From Monocercomonoides exilis PA203 (lineage: Eukaryota > Protista > Preaxostyla), in contig LSRY02000037.1 in the NCBI GenBank assembly GCA_001643675.2, positions 186,001-250,000 of the forward strand: a stretch of 64,000 nt of DNA, read 5' to 3'. This document shows positions 57,801-64,000 of the stretch, piece by piece (position 1 is the stretch's first letter; each line of letters begins with the position of its first letter). The notes beneath the pieces are model-generated. The model was given only the letters and a program-made list of their open reading frames with translations. It was not told where the DNA came from and made no database searches. The position numbers were made by a program, and so were the translations under genes.

Positions 57801-59055
57801 ATAAGCGGGTCGCTTTGGCTGAGAACCAGAGGTTTTCTCTAATTCCAGCAGGAATTTCAAAGAAGGAGGGAATGTGGGGGAGAGAGGAGAAGATTGAGAT
57901 GAGCTGTAAGAAGAAGAAGAGGAATAATAAGAGGGAGAAGAGGAAGAAGAAGGAGATGTGGATTTGCCAAAAGCAGAAGCAGCAGCAGCAGAAGAAGAAG
58001 AGGAAGAAGGAGATGTGCCAGTTTCTATTTCGAGTTGGGGCAGTGCTTTGATGAGCTCAATGCGTCTGTCACTCGGCGCGAGAATCTTCTTCCTCTCTTT
58101 CTTCACATCGAGCAGCTGAACACGCTCTGTCCATTTGGTTTCTCCCTCTTTTGCTTTTGACAGCTCTTTCCTCAAAATGACAAGCTCTTCATTCAGCCGC
58201 TTGATCTCTGACCGCACGCCTTCCATCTCACGGCACTGCTGCTTCAGTCTGTCGCGCTCTTTCTCCATTTTCTCTTGCCGGCGCTGGCCTTCTTCACGAG
58301 ATTTTTTTATTGATGCAACTGATCTTGTTCGAGAATTAAATTCATTGTCTGCTGCTTCTTTCTCAAGTTGTGCTTGCAAATCTCGTTGTTCTAGCTTTGA
58401 TAATCGATTTTCAACACTGGATAGATTGTTCTCTTGATTTTTCACAAGTGTTTGAAGAAACAAATTCGTTTCAGCAACTTGATGAATTTTTGTATCCATC
58501 TTCTTGTCAATCTCCTTTGTATATTGATCCTCAACGTATTCCACAGCTTCCTTGTATTTCTAAACAACGGTAATAAAATTGAATAACAATTATTTTATTG
58601 AATTGAGTGCATGTTTCAAACATCAACAAGAATTTGTTCCGTTTTCTTTAAAGATTCTTCCATCGAAATCAAGTTTCTGTGATGTTCAAGTTCTTTTTGT
58701 AATCTTCGTTGTTGAAACTCTCTAAAAGTCAATAAAATTACAAATTAATCAAATATCAAAATCAAATCATTTCGTACTTTATTTGTTCTTTTAGAAGAAT
58801 ATTTTCTTCTTCGAGTTGATTTTTTCGTTTTTGTTTTTCTTTAGCCTCATTGATACGAATTTTAAGGTTTTCAATTTCATGAGTTTGCCGTGATACGAAC
58901 TCCTCGTTCTCCATTTTTTTAATAATTATTGCATGATTGTTATTTTCATGAATGGCCGAAATTTGTTTGGTAAGCTCATCAATCTTTTTATCTTTTTCTT
59001 TGTTCTGCTCACGGATATACTTTAGAAGAGCTACATGAAATTCAGTATCCGTCAT
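54843..59055 (-). CDS. Hypothetical protein: N-terminal coiled coil with a long Ser/Pro-rich disordered region; probably 3 exons
   Basis: ORFs 58762-59055 and 54843-58544 plus a short middle exon (~58622-58721) flanked by GT-AG sites. Confidence 0.6.
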
Positions 59056-59096
59056 AAAATAAAATAAAAAATGAATTTGTTCTTCTTAAAAAGATT

Positions 59097-62000
59097 ATGG
59101 AACCTCAAATATTGTTACGGTGTATTTGATCGTAAAACTTTTTCCTCATTTTTGAAGTTTAATCAAAAAACATTTCCGTTGGATGCTTGACGGATTCGAA
59201 GAAAGTGATGTTTTGGATGAAGCAAATGATTTTTATGAGCCTGTTGGTCCAGATATAATTTTGGAAAAGCTTGATGTGTGCTTTTCAATCTCACTCGTTA
59301 TTTGTGAATCGTATTATTAACAAATTCAGATTGCAGAAATTCCTGATTTATTTTTGAGGATTCAGCAGGGTCAGGATAAAGAAAGGCTTCCGTGCTTGCA
59401 GAAGTTGTGCCTTCTCGCTTTGAGGAGTATGTTGATGCTTTAAAGAAACAAAATTTTTATAGTTGTTATTAAACGTATTTGTCTTAGAAAATGCAAGCAT
59501 TCCTCACATGATTGAATGTGGAGTATTGACATTAATTGCAGACTTGATGAAAGATCCACTTCCTGAAGATCTTTATGTATGATCTCTTTCAATTATCTTT
59601 TCATTTCGAGTATTTACATGAATTTAATTTTTAAGGTCGCATGCACTGATTTGCTTAGTATTATTAATCTTCGCTATTCTCCAGTAACAGAGGAAACAAC
59701 CACAAATTTTCTTGTTGAGCCCTTTTTAACAATATCTGAGGTGTGCAAAGAATGATGCTCACATTTTATTCATTATTTTGTCGACGCAGGAAGCTGATCC
59801 AGAGCTTTACATGAGTTTTCTCCCTGGCTTTGCTTCTATTTTGACATCCAGCCATTCACATCAACTGGCGCTTCTTTCAACCACATTCACCGACCGCCTG
59901 CCTTCCATCATTTCGTATTTGGGCACCACATCGCGGGTGACGGGCGACTACATGTCGGCTGCAGAATCGTCACACGACGACATACCAGACGACACCGACG
60001 GCTCTGCGATGTCTGCAGCCACACAGACACGCCTCCTCATCACTCTCCTCGAAGGAATCACCAGCTTCCTCTCCACTCCTGCTTCGGTACCTTCCACTTC
60101 AACATCTGCTGAGCAGGGGCTTCCAGGCACAACCCCGTCTCCTTCTTCGTCTGCTTTCCCCTTTTCCACAACACAACCATCAGGCTCTTCGTCTTCCTCC
60201 TCTTCTTCTTCTTCTGCAAACTCCCCCTTTTCCCCCATCCCATCTGCAGGGTCACCCAGCAATGTTGTCAATTCGAATGAGCCTCAGCACATCACACAGG
60301 CAGCCATTGACAACTGCACCATGCGTCTGTTTCCACTGATCCCAATTCTGCCTGCCTTTGCAGCGTCCAGCAAAGAAACAATCGCTGAGAATGCTGGTTG
60401 GATTCTGCGTTTCTTGAAGATGAAGCAGCGGAGTATGACGATGAAGAAAGCGTGGCAGTCACCTGCAGACGGCGATGGAAGCGGAGGAGGAAACAGAAAC
60501 AGCAGCGGCTCTTCAGCTGGCGATGGAGAATTCAATGACAACGATGACAACGATGACGACGATGATGAGGACGAGTTTGGGAGTGCGAGGGAGCGGAGCC
60601 GGGATGCACCGAAGGAGGCTGTGCCGGATGTGAGGGCAAAACCCATCCAAGTGAAAATGACGAGAGATGGAATGTCTGCAGCAGAGAAGCTGGTGCCGCC
60701 TGTGCCGCCACCTCCAGCGCCGACGATTCTTCCGGCGCTGATTGTGGATCAGGTGAAGACGAATGGTGTGGAGGAGAGGAGAGGAGAGAAGAGAGGAGAA
60801 AAGAGTGAGAGGAGAGAAGAGAGGAGATGTCTTGATGTGTTTGTGCGGTTGAATCAGTTTTCAGAGTTTCAAATTTCTATTACAATTTTTTTATTGTTCT
60901 TATCTTTCATTTATTTTTAAATTTCTTTTTTTTCATTGGTTTATTTTTTTTAACTTAATCTTCAACCGTCTTTGCAATTAATAACCCTTGACCCCCCTAC
61001 ACATAAAATTCAACCAGTGTTTGAATTCAACCTTCGTCGGGATCTGAACTTCATTCTCTCTCAGAAGATGAATGCAGTTGTTGATGGCTCTACAGTCACA
61101 CTCACCACTGCCTCTAACACAACAATTTTGCTCGATGCAATCATTGCTGAGGGATGCTGGCATTGCGCTGTGCAGTTTGAGAAGACAGGGAAGGGGAAAA
61201 GAGGTGTGATGAAATTTGAAAGTTTTTATTATTTTGTCTGTAACTTTATATATGTGTACTGGATTTAATTCTTTATTTTTTTCTTTCTTCTTCTTTTTTT
61301 CAAACGATACTTTTAATCTATTTTGCTTTCTTTTCTTTCTTTCTTTCTTCGTCTTCTTTGCTTTTATTAATTGAAAAAATAATTATTCATTTTCAATATT
61401 GAATTTCTGTGTCATTCTTCAAATTTATTTTTTGCTCATTTTGGTTTTTTTTCACAGCAATCGGAATTGTCAATGCAAATGCAACAGTCGAAGGCGATTA
61501 TCCATTAGGTGCTGATAAAGGTGTCATATTTGTTATAATCATATTTCATAACTTTTTATTTATTTATTTGATTTCTTTCACTTGTTTTTCCCACTTCTTT
61601 CATTCTTTGTGAAATCTCAGATAGTCTTGGCTATTATGGACAAACGTGTGATTTTGTAATTTTCATTCATCACAATAATATTTTGTTTTATTTATTTATT
61701 TATTTCACTTTGTGTTTTTATGAATTAACATTTATTTATGAATGAATCATAATTAATGCATAATGATCAAAATTTGGAAAAAAAAAATGGAAAATTCATT
61801 AATTTATTAATAACATTTCATAACACAACACAACACATCCTTCTTTCTCAGTGCCCCCGTCCGTCAGAACGGGCAGTGGGTGATTGGGAATGAAGAGTGG
61901 ACTGAAGGAGATGTGGTGCATGTTGAGGTGAACATGATGAACAAAGTGAAGACAGTTCATTTTTGGGTGAATTCACAACAACAGCCTATCTATTTTACTC

Positions 62001-62381
62001 ACATCCCGAGCAATATTAGATTTGCGGTGTGTATTTTGTATCAATGTAACATAATTATTTGTTTATATTTTGCATTTTATTTACAACATTTTAACCTTCT
62101 AATGTAATTTCTAAATTTTTTTCATTCAACTTATTTCAACAAACAAATTTTATTTTTTTCACTCTTTTTCTTTCTTTCTTATTTTTTATTTGTTTATTTA
62201 AATATAAAACAATGTTTCTATGTATTTTCATTTTCATTCACATATATATTTCTTTCATATTCCTCAGGCTATGCTAACAGTCCCTGGCTCCTCTATCAAA
62301 GTTCTTTCTCTCAAAAGGCTTTCTGCTCCTTCCGCGAAAATTGTTCTTTGGGAGTCAGCTGTTGAATGGATTGACATATGA
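59097..62381 (+). CDS. Multi-exon hypothetical protein: ARM-like N-terminus and C-terminal SPRY/B30.2-like domain
   Basis: Short exons at 59097-59740, ORFs 59778-60920, 60972-61268 and 61880-62107 (EWTEGDVVHVEVNM..KTVHFWVNSQQQPIYF), last exon ending TGA at 62379-62381; exact exon borders partly uncertain. Confidence 0.6.
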
Positions 62382-63354
62382 ACATCTTTCTCTTTTATGT
62401 CATTTATTCTATTTTTATTAAATTTACTTTATTTTTTGTTTATTTCTATGGAAATTCTATTTATTTATTTATTTATTAATGAATTTCAAAAAGATTGTGA
62501 AGTATTGTCTTTGTTGTATGAAAGCTCTTCTTCTTCATTGAAATATCATTTTTATTTAAGTTTGCATTTAACATGTCATTTTATTCCTCATTTCACTTCA
62601 CTTTGTTACTCTGCGCTGAGATCAAACTTTTGTTTGTTCAATTTCATTTCATTCTTTTCTTGCATTTTTGAAATTCCAGCTGCTTATTCATTGTTTTATC
62701 AAATGTTTTGTTTCATTTCTTTTTCATTGTTAGATTAACGTGTGTTATTTGCAGTAATTACTGAAAGAAAAATATTTTTTTCAGTTTTCAACGCAGTTTT
62801 TTGCACGAAATATTCTCATACAGATGTTGAATGAAAAAGAAAAAACAAATGTTTTATTGGAATTATTTTTATTTATTTATTGTTTTTATTGTTTTTATTC
62901 TATTCTATTTTTTATCATTCAAAAACGACTAAAAAAATATTTTTTTTAAGTTAAAGTAGATTTCATCCAAAATTAACTTAAGCTGAAAAAAAAGGAACTG
63001 AAAACGAAAGATTCTTGTACTTCAACAGTTTCATAAAAAGAAAACGATCACAGCAATAAAGTCTAAACAAAATATCAAAATGATACGAAAATAGCACACA
63101 AAAAACAATCAAACAGAACACTCATAACAATTTACGTCTCAACAAAACATAAATAAACAGTGAAACGAAAAAAAATAAATGAAAATAAATAAAAATTAAA
63201 AAACTGATAATAATCCAGAAATACTGTTGATAATTTCTTTCTTTTCTTTTTCTTTTTCTTTTTCCTTTTTTTTTAATTAAAAAGAAAAAGAAAAAGAAAA
63301 AGCGAAAGAAAAAAAGAAAAAATAGAAATAAACAAGTATAATCGCAAATTCAAC

Positions 63355-64000
63355 TCATAATTTGCGAAATTGTGAAGAAGGCAGTGAATACTGATAAGAA
63401 TTGGGTGTGTTAACTGATTGATAAGCCTCGGGAGAAAGAGAAAGAGAAGAAGAAGGAGAAAGAGAAGGAGAACTAGAAGAAGAAGGAGAAGGAAAAGGAA
63501 AAGGAGAAGGAGAAGGATAAGGAGAAGAATAATTTGAAGTTGAAGCCGAAGGGGAAGGAGAAGGCGAAAGCATAGGAGAAGTAGAAGGAGATATAAAAGA
63601 AGCAGGAATTGGTGACATTGCAGGTGAAGGCACGGGAGCAAGGGAAGGAGAAAGAGAAGGAGAAAGAGAAGGAGAAGAAGAAGATTGAAACGGAGATTCA
63701 GAAGAAGAAGAAGAAGAAGAAGCAGAAGAAGAAGATGTTGATGACGATGAAGTCATTGCAGTAGAACTGTCAGTAACAGTCTCATACCCATTCTTATCCT
63801 TCTTCTCCTTCTCCTTCTCCTTCTTCTCCCTCCTCTCTTTCTTCCTCCTCCTTCTGTTCTGACACTTAAACACCACCAGCATCGCCACAAACACCACAGC
63901 CGTCACACCTGCACAAACTGCACAGCCAACCGTCGAGAAGAAGATAAACCCACTCATTTGCTCTACTTTCAGCTTGTCGTCCCAGTCAAACTGCACCCAT
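63355..64000 (-). CDS. 3' end (partial) of a single-pass membrane protein with a Ser/Pro-rich cytoplasmic tail
   Basis: Hydrophobic segment FIFFSTVGCAVCAGVTAVVFVAMLVVF followed by a basic stop-transfer stretch. Confidence 0.6.
   Translation of the reverse strand, partial: WVQFDWDDKLKVEQMSGFIFFSTVGCAVCAGVTAVVFVAMLVVFKCQNRRRRKKERREKKEKEKEKKDKNGYETVTDSSTAMTSSSSTSSSSASSSSSSSESPFQSSSSPSLSPSLSPSLAPVPSPAMSPIPASFISPSTSPMLSPSPSPSASTSNYSSPYPSPSPFPFPSPSSSSSPSLSPSSSLSLSPEAYQSVNTPNSYQYSLPSSQFRKL

Overview
AT-rich eukaryotic genomic DNA with short GT-AG introns, the standard genetic code (TAA/TGA used as stops) and very long Ser/Glu low-complexity tracts. The gene style and families resemble an oxymonad/metamonad protist such as Monocercomonoides (inference, not verified). 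Main contents: (i) a ~1.07-kb foldback/MITE element (1631-4705) with an intact, intron-containing pogo-like DDE transposon (1905-3914) nested in its left arm; (ii) a giant receptor-like surface protein gene (~4126 aa reconstructed; signal peptide, beta-helix/Cys modules, one TM helix, degenerate kinase tail), split by a complete 4.7-kb DIRS-type tyrosine-recombinase retrotransposon (24039-28741) with inverted terminal repeats, an internal complementary region, three overlapping ORFs, a methyltransferase-like domain and a non-canonical recombinase active site; (iii) the 3' end of a near-identical paralogue of that receptor at the window start; (iv) host genes: a lipid-anchored TKL pseudokinase, a metallophosphoesterase, two SPRY/B30.2-like proteins, a hugely expanded Kelch-BTB protein, a Rab1-like GTPase, ribosomal protein eS6 with a long Lys/Ala-rich tail, and several hypothetical proteins. 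Exon structures were assembled by hand from GT-AG sites and frame continuity.
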